Source: Mobula hypostoma
Taxonomy: Eukaryota
Assembly (NCBI RefSeq): GCF_963921235.1
Contig: NC_086097.1
Coordinates: 79,052,001 to 79,116,000, forward strand
Direction: 5' to 3'
Length of the DNA: 64,000 bases
The notes under the pieces were generated by a model that saw only the letters and a list, made by a program, of their open reading frames with translations, searched no databases and had not been told where the DNA came from. Position numbers and translations under genes: made by a program. Each line of letters begins with the position of its first letter. Position 1 is the stretch's first letter. This document shows, piece by piece, positions 26,525 through 37,978 of the stretch.

Positions 26525-27109
26525 TTGTTCTTTACACATAGTCTTACAAATAATTTTCCCAAAAGTATCAATACAATTTCCTTTAGAGCATTCCTCTCCA
26601 ATGTCCTAAACAGCAAGTTCCAGATCACCAATCTGTATAAAATAATTTTCCCTTCTGCACCATGCCAACATCATTATATCATAACAATTGCCCTCTTGCC
26701 GAGGAAGAGGCGGGACAGCAAGGTTCTCCTTTCTAATTAAAGTCTAATAAAACAATGCGGTGCATTTTCGAGTAATAAATGTGAAGATGAAATTGTAATT
26801 TATGGAACTGCTATTGAAGTACCTGCCACTTACACTACCTGACGATTCTAGCAAGGTCCAGACTCAATGCCCTGTCAACTACATCTCAATAAGTCAATCA
26901 GGAAAGAATCAAACTACGCTGCAGATATTGTAGCTTTTTCGTGCACGCTTGACAATGATTATGATCAAAAGGGGATACATAATTGGAATAGTTGATTCGT
27001 AAACATTTAAATCTGTGAGCTTATTTTGCAAATTTTATAGGCATAACCTAGCTGTTTTAATAGTACAGTGATAGCGCATTAATCAATGTGAGTTTAATTT
27101 TAAATCTCC

Positions 27110-27700
27110 TACAGTGAACCGACAGGCCTGAAACGTCAGGACGTCCCCAAACAGGATTGGAGCCCCAGTCTGCACAGACCCCTCTTCCTGCCTCCACCCT
27201 TTCCTCTCCAAAAACTCCCAGTTACAGTTCCCAAAAGCCTTACATTCCGTAGCTCAGTAAGATAGAAAGACTTCTTCGGCATTCGACCCATCTGATCCGG
27301 TGTTTAAAGGGCCATCAACTGCGGCTACTAATTACTCGCCCGTAGCCTCCCCAACGTCACCTTCCCCGCCATGGTCCGGCATCACGTGACACAGACGCCC
27401 TTCAGTCACCTGATCTCTCCGGTTCCAGGTCATAGGTCGCACAACTCCACCGGTGACCATGGAAACGAGACAATACCGGTCTGGTAAATCTGTAACAGGA
27501 AGAGGCGCCGTTCCGGATTACGCAAGTTTTGCTGGCTAACAATAATTTATTCTTTTCGGCCATGCAGCTAGATGGACGCATCAAAGACAAATCCATATCT
27601 CCAAAGATTTATGACTTGCAAAGTTAGGGATGAATAAGCGTGCATCCGGAGATCATAATGTGTTCTACTGTCAATGGAGTATTGAATTCCCCGGCGTTTG
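27110..27700 (-). promoter_or_regulatory. CpG-rich promoter and probable non-coding first exon of ZFYVE26
   Basis: Only CpG-dense non-repeat patch, about 3 kb upstream of the first coding exon. E-box TCACGTGAC at 27382-27390, X-box-like GTGACCATGGAAAC at 27453-27466, candidate minus-strand donor CAG/GTGACT at 27410/27409. Confidence 0.65.
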
Positions 27701-27714
27701 TGTTTCAAATAGGA

Positions 27715-27880
27715 AACCAGCAGTGAACTTGCGTGCAGCAAGATACCACAAACAGCAATGTAATCATATCCAAATGATCTGTATTAGAGGTTGAGAGACC
27801 TGTATTTAATGGCCAGCCAACAGGGTCAATTCTTTTTCTTAAAAATTATATCATGAAACTTTCACATCCATTTGCGAGTG
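27715..27880 (-). mobile_element. Deu-domain SINE relic next to the promoter
   Basis: gcaagataccacaaacagcaatg…atctgt…ggttgag…ggcca…ttcacatcca matches the reverse Deu core as I recall it. Confidence 0.55.
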
Positions 27881-28094
27881 CAATGAGATTGCAATTTTGT
27901 AAATGTATCAACTTCCAGTTAATAAGCCAAAAGTGTTTCTTCATGGGAAGCAACAGGTCTGATGTTTAATATTGTGGCGTTACGGCGGGGGGGGGGTGGT
28001 CGACAGCCCGCTCCAGCACTCCTCGTCGCCAGCACTATTTATTGTTCTTGTTTTAAAATGCTTTTGTGGGATTGTGGTGGGATGTTCAATTCAT

Positions 28095-29292
28095 TAATAC
28101 ATTGATGAAGGCAGAGCAGTGGATGTAGTGTATATGGATTTCAGTAAGGCATTTGATAAGGTTCCCTATGCCAGGCTCGCTCAGAAAGGAAGGAGGCATG
28201 GGATCCAAGGAGACCGTGCTTTGTGGATCCAGAATTGGCTTCACCACAGAAGGCAAAGAGTGTTTGCAGATGGTATGTATTCAGCATGGAGGACAGTGAC
28301 CAGTGGTGTTCCACAGGGATCTCTTCTGGGACCGTCCTCTGTGATTTTTATAAATGACCTGGATGAGGAAGTAGAAGGGTGGATTAGTAAGTTTGCTGAG
28401 GATACAAAAGTTGACAGTGTTGTGGATAGTCTGGAGGGTTGTCAGAGGTTACAACACAACATCAATAGGATGCAGAACTGAGCAGAGAAGTGGCAGATGG
28501 TGTTCAACCCAGATAAGTGTGAAGTTGTTCTTTTTGGTAGGTCAGATATGAAGACAGAATATAATATTAATGGTAAGACTCTTGGCAGAATTGAGGATCA
28601 GCAAGATCTTGGGGTCCATGTCCATAGGACTCTCAAAGCTGCTGCGTAGGTTGACAGTGTTGTTAAGAAGGCATTTGGTGTGATAGCCTTCATCAATTGT
28701 GGGATTGAGTTCATCAAGAGCCGTGAGGTATTCTTACAGATATATAAGACCCTAGTAAGACCCCACTTGGAGTACTGTATTCAGTTCTGGTCATCTCACT
28801 ACAGGAAGGATGTGGATGCTATAGAGAGAGTGCAGAGGAGATTTACAAGGATGTTGCCTGGGTAGAAGAATAGATAGAGTGAACTTGGCCTTTTCTCCTT
28901 GGCGCGACAGAGGATGAGAGGTGATCTGATAGAGGTGTATAAGATAATGGGAGGCATTGATTGTGTGGATAGCCAGTGGCTTTTTCCTAGGGCTGAAATG
29001 GCTAACACGAAGGGGCATAGTTTTAAGGTGCTTGGAAGTACCTTCCAAGGGGGATGTCAGAGGTAAGTTTTTCATACAGAGGATGGTGGGTGCATGGAAA
29101 ATGCACTGCCAGCGATGGTGGTAGACGTGGTTACAATAGGGTCTTTTAAGAGACTCTTAGATAGGTACATGGAGCTTAGAAAAATAAAGGGCTATGCGCT
29201 AGGGAAATTCTAGGCAGTTTCTAGAGTAGGTTACATGGTCGGCACAACATTGTGGGCCAAAGGGCCTGTAATGTGCTGTAGATTTCTATGTT
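28095..29292 (+). mobile_element. 5'-truncated CR1 LINE
   Basis: ORFs 28119..28481 and 28680..28865 with CR1 RT motifs; ttctatg tail. Confidence 0.9.
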
Positions 29293-29884
29293 CATTCATT
29301 GTTACATCTTAGTTTGGATAATACAGTTACTTGCATGTGTGTTTGTGGGTTACTTTGACTGTAACCAGGGTGTGCAAAAATCATCTCCTCCGAGGGGGTT
29401 CTCTCTCCGGGTCATGGCTCACAGGCAAAAGTTGTAAAAGGACTGATGCCAGAAAAAAAAATATGTACAATTATACCTTTCCCCTATGTTCAGGAGATCT
29501 AAAATGCTGAACAGCCTTTTAAGTACTTAACACATATTTTAGTTTATTGGCCACTGGATGGATCAAAACTTGCCTTGAAAGAAAACTTCCAGAAAGCTTA
29601 AGCATATTTCTAAATTACAGTGACAATTTCAGTCAATGCTTTCTGCCCTGAATCTTTGGTATCCAGGAACGTGACAGGCAGTGCGGTAAATTGATGAAAA
29701 ATCAGACTGAAGGACATGCTTGGCAGCAAAACAGGAGGAAATAGGCAAAGAATAATGTATCCATTTTTGTGAATAATGTGAAAAAATAGCATAAATGTGA
29801 TTAAGAGATAAAAGTAAAACATTTGTTTATAAATGTTGTCTCAAGGGAATGCAACTTCACACTGAAAAACACTAGATTTTTTTC

Positions 29885-30045
29885 AAGGAACTCAGCAGGC
29901 CAGGCAGCACCTATGATGTCCTGACAAAGGGCCTGAAACATCGTCTGTTTATTCTTTTCCAACTCAGCCTGACCAGCTGAGTTCCTCCAGCATTTTGTAT
30001 GTGTTGCTTTGGATTTCCAGCATCTGCAGATTTTCTCATGATTGT
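29885..30045. mobile_element. Short palindromic Penelope-like remnant
   Basis: ggaactcagcaggccaggcagca…gctgagttcctccagcattttg…ttccagcatctgcag. Confidence 0.7.
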
Positions 30046-30234
30046 AGACTTTCTTTCCAGCAAGGACAGCTTTTACCAAAGTTTAGCAAATTGCTTAAAT
30101 ACATAGATATTCCTGACTAAATACCGCTTAATATTGTCATCAGTCTTTGTATTGAGGAATGTGGTTAATTATGTTCACTTCAAAACTAAAGTTTTAAACT
30201 GACTTAATTAACAAAGATTACAATGTCTATAGAT

Positions 30235-33200
30235 AAATAACAGAAATCTCAGGATTGCTACCCATGCCACGTGCTAATGAGGCTAGAAGTGGAAAGATAA
30301 TGCAGCTAAATATGTGGCTAAGGAGTTGATGCAGGAGAGAGGGCTTCATCTTTCTGGACAATTGGGCCTTGTTCCAAGGAAGGTGGGACCTGTTCCGACG
30401 GGACGGGTTGCACCTGAACTGGAGGGGGACTAACATCCTTGCGAGAGAGTTTGCTAGTGCTGCTCCGGGAGGGGGGGCAGTTAAACTAGATTTGCAGGGG
30501 GAGGGAAACCAGAGTGTTAGAGCAGATAGTGAGGTGGAGGAGGATAAAGGTCATGCGAGAACTGCAAGTATAGTGCATGGAGTAAAGCCAGATCTAACAT
30601 GTAAAGAGGCTTTGAGGAAAGATAAGCAGAATAAAGGGTGTAAAGGTAGTAAGGTAGAAAGGCTAAAGTATGTGTAGTTCAATGCAAGAAGCATCAGGAA
30701 CAAAGGTGATGGATACATACATGGAATTATGATGTAGTGGCCATTACAGAGACTTGGCTGGCACCAGGACAGGAATAGATTCTCAATATTCCTGGATTTC
30801 AGTGCTTTAAAAGGGATGGGGGGGGTAAAGGGGAGGAGGGGAGGCATTACTGGTCAGGGATACTATTACAGCTACTGTAAGGGTGGGTAATGTAGCAGGA
30901 TCCTCTTTTGAGTTAGTATGGGTAGAAGTCAGGAACAGGAAGGGAGCAGTTACTCTATTGGGAGTATTCTATAGGCCCCCTGGTAGAAGCAGAGATACCG
31001 AGGAGCAGATTGGGAGGCAGATTTTGGAAAGGTGCAAAAATAACAGGGTTGTTATCATGGGTGACTTTAACTTCCCTAATATTGATTGACACCTGATTAG
31101 TTCCGATGGTTTAGACAGGGCAGAGTTTGTTAAGTGTGTTCAGGACGGATTCCTGTCACAGTATGTTGACAGGCCAACTAGGGGGAATGCCATACTAGAT
31201 CTAGTATTAGGTAACAAACCAGGTCAGGTCACAGATCTCTCAGTAGGTGAGCATCTGGGGGACAGTGACCACCGCTCCCTGGCCTTTAGCATTATCATGG
31301 AAAAGGATAGAATCAGAGAGGACAGGAAAATTTTTAGTTGGGGAAGGGCAAATTATGAGGCTATAAGGCTAGAACTTGCGGGTGTGAATTAGGATGATAT
31401 TTTTGCAGGGAAATGTACTATGGACATGTGGTTGATGTTTAGGGATCTCTTGCTGGATGTTAGGGATAAATTTGTCCCAGTGAGGAAGATAAAATATGGT
31501 AGGGTGAAGGAACCATGGGTGACAAGTGAGGTGGAAAATCTAGTCAGGTGGAAGAAGGCAGCATACATGAGGTTTAGGAAGCAAGGATCGGATGGGTCTA
31601 TTGAGGAATATAGGGTAGCAAGAAAGGAGCTTAAGAAGGGGCTGAGGAGAGCTAGAAGGGAGCATGAGAAGGCCTTGGCGAGTAGGGTAAAGGAAAACCC
31701 CTAGGCATTCTTCAATTATGTGAAGAGAAAAAGGATGACAGGAGTGAAGGTAGGACCGATTAGAGATAAAGGTGGGAAGATGTGCCTGGAGACTGTGGAA
31801 GTGAGCGAGGTCCTCAATGAATGCTTCTCTTCGGTATTCACCAATGAGAGGGAACTTGATGACGATGAGGACAATATGAATGAGGTTGATGTTCTGGAGC
31901 ATGTTGATACTAAGGGAGAGGAGGTGTTGGAGTTGTTAAAATACATTAGGACGGATAAGTCCCCGGGGCCTGACGGAATATTCCCCAGGTTGCTCCACGA
32001 GGCAAGGGAAGAGATTGCTGAGCCTCTGGCTAGACTCTTCATGTCCTCGTTGTCCACGGGAATGGTACCGGAGGATGGAGGGAGGCAAATGTTGTCCCCT
32101 TGTTCAAAAAAGGTAGTAGGCCTAGTCCAGGTAATTATAGACCAGTGAGCCTTACGTCTGTGGTGGGAAAGCTGTTGGAAAAGATTCTTAGAGATAGGAT
32201 CTATGGGCATTTAGAGAATCATGGTCTGATCAGGGACAGTCAGCACGGCTTTGTGAAGGACAGATCGTGTCTAACAAGCCTGATAGAGTTCTTTGAGGAG
32301 GTGACCAGGCATATAGATGAGGGTAGTGCAGTGGATGTGATCTACATGGATTTTAGTAAGGCATTTGACAAGGTTCCACATGGTAGGCTTATTCCAAAAG
32401 TCAGAAGGCATGGAATCCAGGGAGGTTTGGCCAGGTGGATTCAGAATTGGCTCGCCTGCAAAAAGCAGAGGGTCGTGGTGGAGGGAGTACATTCGGATTG
32501 GAGGGTTGTGACTAGTGGTGTCCCACAAGGATCAGTTCTGGGACCTTTGCTTTTCGTGATTTTTATTAACAACCTGGATGTGGGAGTAGAAGAGTGGGTT
32601 GGCAAGTTTGCAGATGACACAAAGGTTGGTGGTGTTGTAGATAGTGTAGAGGATTGTTGAAGATTGCAGAGAGGCATTGATAGGATGCAGAAGTGGGCTG
32701 AGAAGTGGCAGATGGAGTTCAACCTAGAGAAGTGTCAGGTGGTACACTTTGGAAGGACAAATTCCAAGGCAGAGTACAAAGTAAATGGCAGGATACGTGG
32801 TAGTGTGGAGGAGCAGAGGGATCTCGGGGTACATGTCCACAGATCCCTGAAAGTTGCCTCACAGGTAGATAGGGTAGTTAAGAAAGCTTATGGGGTATTA
32901 GCTTGCATAAGTCGAGGGATAGAGTTTACAGGCGCGGGGTAATGATGCAGCTCTATAAAACTCTGTTAGGCCACACTTGGAGTACTGTGTCCAGTTCTGG
33001 TCACCTCACTATAGGAAGGATGTGGAAGCATTGGAAAGGGTACAGAGGAGATTTACCAGGATGCTGCCTGGTTTAGAGAGTATGATCAGAGATTAAGAGA
33101 GCTAGGGCTTTACTCTTTGGAGAGAAGGAGGATGAGAGGAGACATGATAGAGGTGTACAAGATAATAAGAGTAATAGATAGAGTGGATAGCCAGTGCCTC

Positions 33201-33490
33201 TTCCCCAGGGCACCACTGCTCAGTACAAGAGGATATGGCTTTAAGGTAAGGGGTGGGAAGTTCAAGGGGGATATTAGAGGAAGGTTTTTTACTCAGAGAG
33301 TGGTTGGTGTGTGGAATGCACTGCCTGAGTCAGTGGTGAAGGCAGATACACGAGTGAAATTTAAGAGACTGCTAGACAGGTATATGGAGGAATTTAAGGT
33401 GGGGGGTTATATGGGAGGTAGGGTTTAAGGGTCGGCACAACATTGTGGGCTGAAGGGCCTGTACTGTGCTGTACTATTCTATGTTCTATG
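30235..33490 (+). mobile_element. Long CR1 LINE: end of the esterase-type ORF1 plus decayed ORF2 (APE and RT)
   Basis: RRDGLHLNWRGT (ORF1), GVFYRPP and GDFNFP (APE), KFADDTK (RT); many stops and frameshifts; ttctatgttctatg tail. Confidence 0.92.
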
Positions 33491-33649
33491 TAAATTACCA
33501 AATTTCTGCTATTTATTCTATATTTGTAGATTCCAGAAGGTGTATTTATCCAATAATAATGGCAATAGCTGACAGCTTTATTGCTTTTATTACGAATAAC
33601 TTAAGGCCTTTTCTTGGGAAACACGATAATTAATTTCTGTAAAGACCAC

Positions 33650-36600
33650 AAAGTGCTGGTAAGGAAGGCACCCCTCCCCGCAGGGGAGCAGACACTCCGT
33701 CTGGCTGAAGCCGAGATGAGGAAGACCCTGGCCAGAGTCAAACTATGCAACGCTGTGGGGCCTGATAACATACCAGGTCAGGTTCTGAAAGGCTGCGTAG
33801 CCCACCTGATGGATATATTCAACATCTCTCTGGAACAATCCATTGACCCCTCGGTTTTCAAGGTAGCAACCGTCATTCTGGTGCGAAAGAATGCGACAGT
33901 AACTGACTACCGTCTGTTGCATTAACATCAACCTTTATGAAATGTTTTGAACAGCTGGTCATGGAGCACATTAAAGCCTTCCTCCCAGCTACATTGGACC
34001 TTTTCCAGTTTGTTTATTGCTCAAATTGATTCACTAATGACGGAATAGCTTCTGCCCTCCACTCTGTCCCGTCCCACCTGGAAAATGGTGTCTCATATGT
34101 CAGTCTGCTGTTTATAGACCTTAGTTTGGTGTTCAACACCATCTTACCCCAGAAATTGGTGGGGAAACTGTCCTCGCTGGGTCTCAACACCTCCCTCTGC
34201 AGTAAGGCCACAGTCTATGCATATGGGCAGCAATGTCCCTCGTCCCATTGCGCTGAGCACTGGCACTCCCCAAGGCTGTGAGCTCTGCCTGCAGGGGTTC
34301 ACACTGCTGATGCATGACTGTGTTGCAGGAACCAGCTCAAACTGTCTCATCGTTTGCAGATGACACAACAGTGGTTGGCCTTATCAAGATGAGACAAAGT
34401 ATAGAGAAGAAGGGGAGGGACTGGTGGATTGGCATGAAAAGTACAATGTAAGCCTGAATGTGGAGAAGACCAAGGAAATCATTGTGGACTTCAGGAAGGA
34501 AGGTACATGCAGACGTTCCCCCTCGCCGCCCCCCCCCCCGTGAATACATGACTCACTCAAGTTCCTGGGAGTTCACATCATGGGAGTTCCGATGTTTCAG
34601 ATGTGATAGAGGCAGAAGAATGAAAGGTGGAGGAGTAGCATTGCTTGTCAGGGAAAATATTACAGCAGTGCTCAGGCAGGACAGATTAGAGGGCTTGTCT
34701 ACTAAGTCCTTATGGGTGGAGCTGAAAAACAGGAGAGGTATGGCCACATTAGTGGGGTTGTATTATAGACCACCCAATAGTCAGCGAAAATTGGAGGAGC
34801 AAATCTGCAGAGAGATAGCAGGCAACTGCAGGAAACATAAAGTTGTGGTGATAAGGGATTTTAATTTTCCATATATTGATTGGGACTCCCATACTGTTAG
34901 GGGTCTAGATGGTTTAGAGTTTGTAAAATGTGTTCAGGAAAGTTTTCTAAATCAATATATAGAGGGACCAACTAGAGGGGATGCAATATTGGATCTCCTG
35001 TTAGGAAACGAGTTAGGACAAGTGACGGAAGTCTGTGTAGGGGAGCACTTTGGTTCCAGTGATCATAACACCATTAGTTTCAACTTGATCATGGACAAGG
35101 ATAGATCTGGTCCTAGGGTTGAGGTTCTGAACTGGAAGAAGGCCAAATCTGAAGAAATGAGAAAGGATCTAAAAAGTGTGGATTGGGACAGGTTGTTCTC
35201 TGGCATGGATGTGATCGGTAGGTGGGAAGCCTTCAAAGGAGAAATTTTGAGAGTGCAGAGCTTATATGTTCCTGTCAGGAATAAAGGCAAAGTGAATAGG
35301 AATAAGGAACCTTGGTTCTCAAGGGATATTGCAACTCTGATAAAGAAGAAGAGAGAGTTGTATGACATGTATAGGAAACAGGGAGTAAATAAGGTGCTTG
35401 AGGAGTATAAAAATGCAAGAAAATACTTAAGAAAGAAATCAGGAGGGCTAAAAGAAGACATGAGGTTGCCTTGGCAGTCAAAGTGAAGGATAATCCAAAG
35501 AGCTTTTACAGGTATATTAAAAGGATTGTAGGGATAAAATTGGTCCTCTTGAAAATCAGAGTGGTTGGCTATGTGCAGAACCAAAAGAAATGGGGGAGAT
35601 CTTAAATGGGTTTTTTGCATCTGTATTTACTAAGGAAACTGGCATGAAGTCTGTGGAATTAAGGGAAACAAGTAGTGAGATCATGGAAACTGTACAGGTT
35701 GAAAAGGAGGAAGTGCTTCCTATCTTGAGGCAAATTAAAGTGGATAAATCCCCGGGACCTGACAGGGTGTTCCCTCGGACCTTGAAGGAGACTAGTGTTG
35801 AAATTGCAGGGGCCCTGGCAGATATATTTAAAATGTCGGTGTCTACGGGTGAGATGCCGAAGGATTGGAGAGTACCTCATGTTGTTCCATTGTTTAAAAA
35901 AGGATCAAAAAGTAATCCAGGAAATTATAGGCCGGTAAATTTGACGTTGGTAGTGGGTAAGTTATTGGAGGGAGTACTAAGAGACAGAATCTACAAGCAT
36001 TTGGATAGACAGGGACTTATTAGGGAGAGTCAACATGGCTTTGTGCGTGGTAGGTCATGTTTGACCAATCTATTGGAGTTTTTCAAGGAGGTTACCAGGA
36101 AAGTGGATGAAGGGAAGGCAGTGGATGTTGTCTACATGGACGTCAGTAAGGCCTTTGACAAGGTCCCACATGGGAGGTTAGTTAGGAAAATTCAGTCGCT
36201 AGGAGAGGTGGTAAATTGGATTAGACATTGGCTCAATGGAAGAAGCCAAAGAGTGGTAGTAGAGAATTGCTTCTCAAAGTGGAGGCCTGTGTCCGGTGGT
36301 GTGCCACAGAGATCAGTGCTGGGTCCATTGTTATTTGTCATCTATATCAATGATCTGGATGATAATGTGGTAAATTGGATCAGCAAATTTGCTGCTGATA
36401 CAAAGATTGGTGGTGTAATGGACAGTGAGGAAGGTTTTCAGAGCCTGCAGAGGGACTTGGACCAGCTGGAAAAATGGGCTGAAAAATGGCAGATGGAGTT
36501 TAATACAGACAAGTGTGAGGTATTGCACTTTGGAAGGACAAACCAAGGTAGAACATACAGGGTAAATGGTAAGGCACTGAGGAGTGCAGTCGAACAGAGG

Positions 36601-37942
36601 GATCTGGGAATACAGATACAAAATTCCCTAAAAGTGGCGTCACAGGTAGATAGGGTCGTAAAGAGAGCTTTTGGTACATTGGCCTTTATTAATCAAAGTA
36701 TTGAGTATAAGAGCTGGAATGTAATGATGAGGTTGTATAAGGCATTGGTGAGGCCGAATCTCGAGTATTGTGTTCAGTTTTGGTCACCAAATTACAGGAA
36801 GGATATAAATAAGGTTGAAAGAGTGCAGAGAAGGTTTACAAGGATGTTGCCAGGACTTGAGAAACTCAGTTACAGAGAAAGGTTGAATAGGTTAGGACTT
36901 TATTCCCTGGAGCGTAGAAGAATGAGGGGAGATTTGATAGAGGTGTATAAAATTATGATGGGTATAGATAGAGTGAATGCAAGTGGGCTTTTTCCACTGA
37001 GGCAAGGGGAGAAAAAAACCAGAGGACATGGGTTAAGGGTGAGGGGGGAAAAGTTTAAAGGGAACATTAGGGGGGGGGTCTTCTTCACACAGAAAGTGGT
37101 GGGAGTATGGAATGAGCTGCCAGACGAGGTGGTAAATGCGGGTTCTTTTGTAACATTTAAGAATAAATTGGACAGATACATGGATGGGAGGTGTATGGAG
37201 GGATATGGTCCGTGTGCAGGTCAGTGGGACTAGGCAGAAAATGGTTCGGCACAGCCAAGAAGGGCCAAAAGGCCTGTTTCTGTGCTGTAGTTTTTCCATG
37301 GTTTCTATGGTTTCTAAACTTCTATAAATGTGTAGTGGAGAGTATGTTAACTGGCTGCCTCACAGCCTGGTATGGAAACACCAATGCCTTTGAATCTAAG
37401 ATTCTACAAAAAGTAGTAGATATTGCCCAGTCCATCAGGGGTAAACCCTCCTAACCATTGAGCAGATCTGTATGAAATACTATCGCAGGAAAGCAATATC
37501 CATCATCAGAGACCCCCACCACCCAGGATGTGCTGTCCTCTCCTGCTGCTATCAGGAAGAAGGTACAAGAGCCTCGGAACTCGCACAACCACATTCAGGA
37601 ACAGTTATCACCCCTCAACCATCAGGCTCTTGAACAAAGGGGTTTAATTTCACTCAACTTCACTTGCCCCATCATTGAAATATTCCCACAACCAATGGAC
37701 TTGCTTTCAATGACCCTTTATCTTATGTTCTTGATATTTATTTATATTATTGTTTCTCTTTTTTTGCATTTGCACGGTTTGTTGTTTTCTACGCTCTGGT
37801 TGAATACCAAAGGTGGGCATCTGATTCTGTTATGGCTATTATTCTATAGGTTTATTGAGTATGCCCACAAGAAAATGAATCTCAGGGTTGTATATGGTGA
37901 CATATATACACACTTGGATGATAAATTTATTTTGAACTTTTA
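33650..37942 (+). mobile_element. Rex1/Babar- or L2-type LINE remnants (33650-34580 and 37313-37942) split by a CR1
   Basis: GPDNIPG.VLKGC…DIFNISL, GTPQG and FADDT remnants on the left; 3' ORF end and tail on the right. Confidence 0.7.
34580..37312 (+). mobile_element. Young CR1 LINE ORF2 (APE plus 547-aa RT ORF), 5'-truncated
   Basis: ORFs 34458..35486 and 35590..37233; frameshifts near 35410-35520; FADD reads FAAD. Confidence 0.95.
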
Positions 37943-37978
37943 AGAACAAGGAATAACATGATATGATGAAAAGGATGA

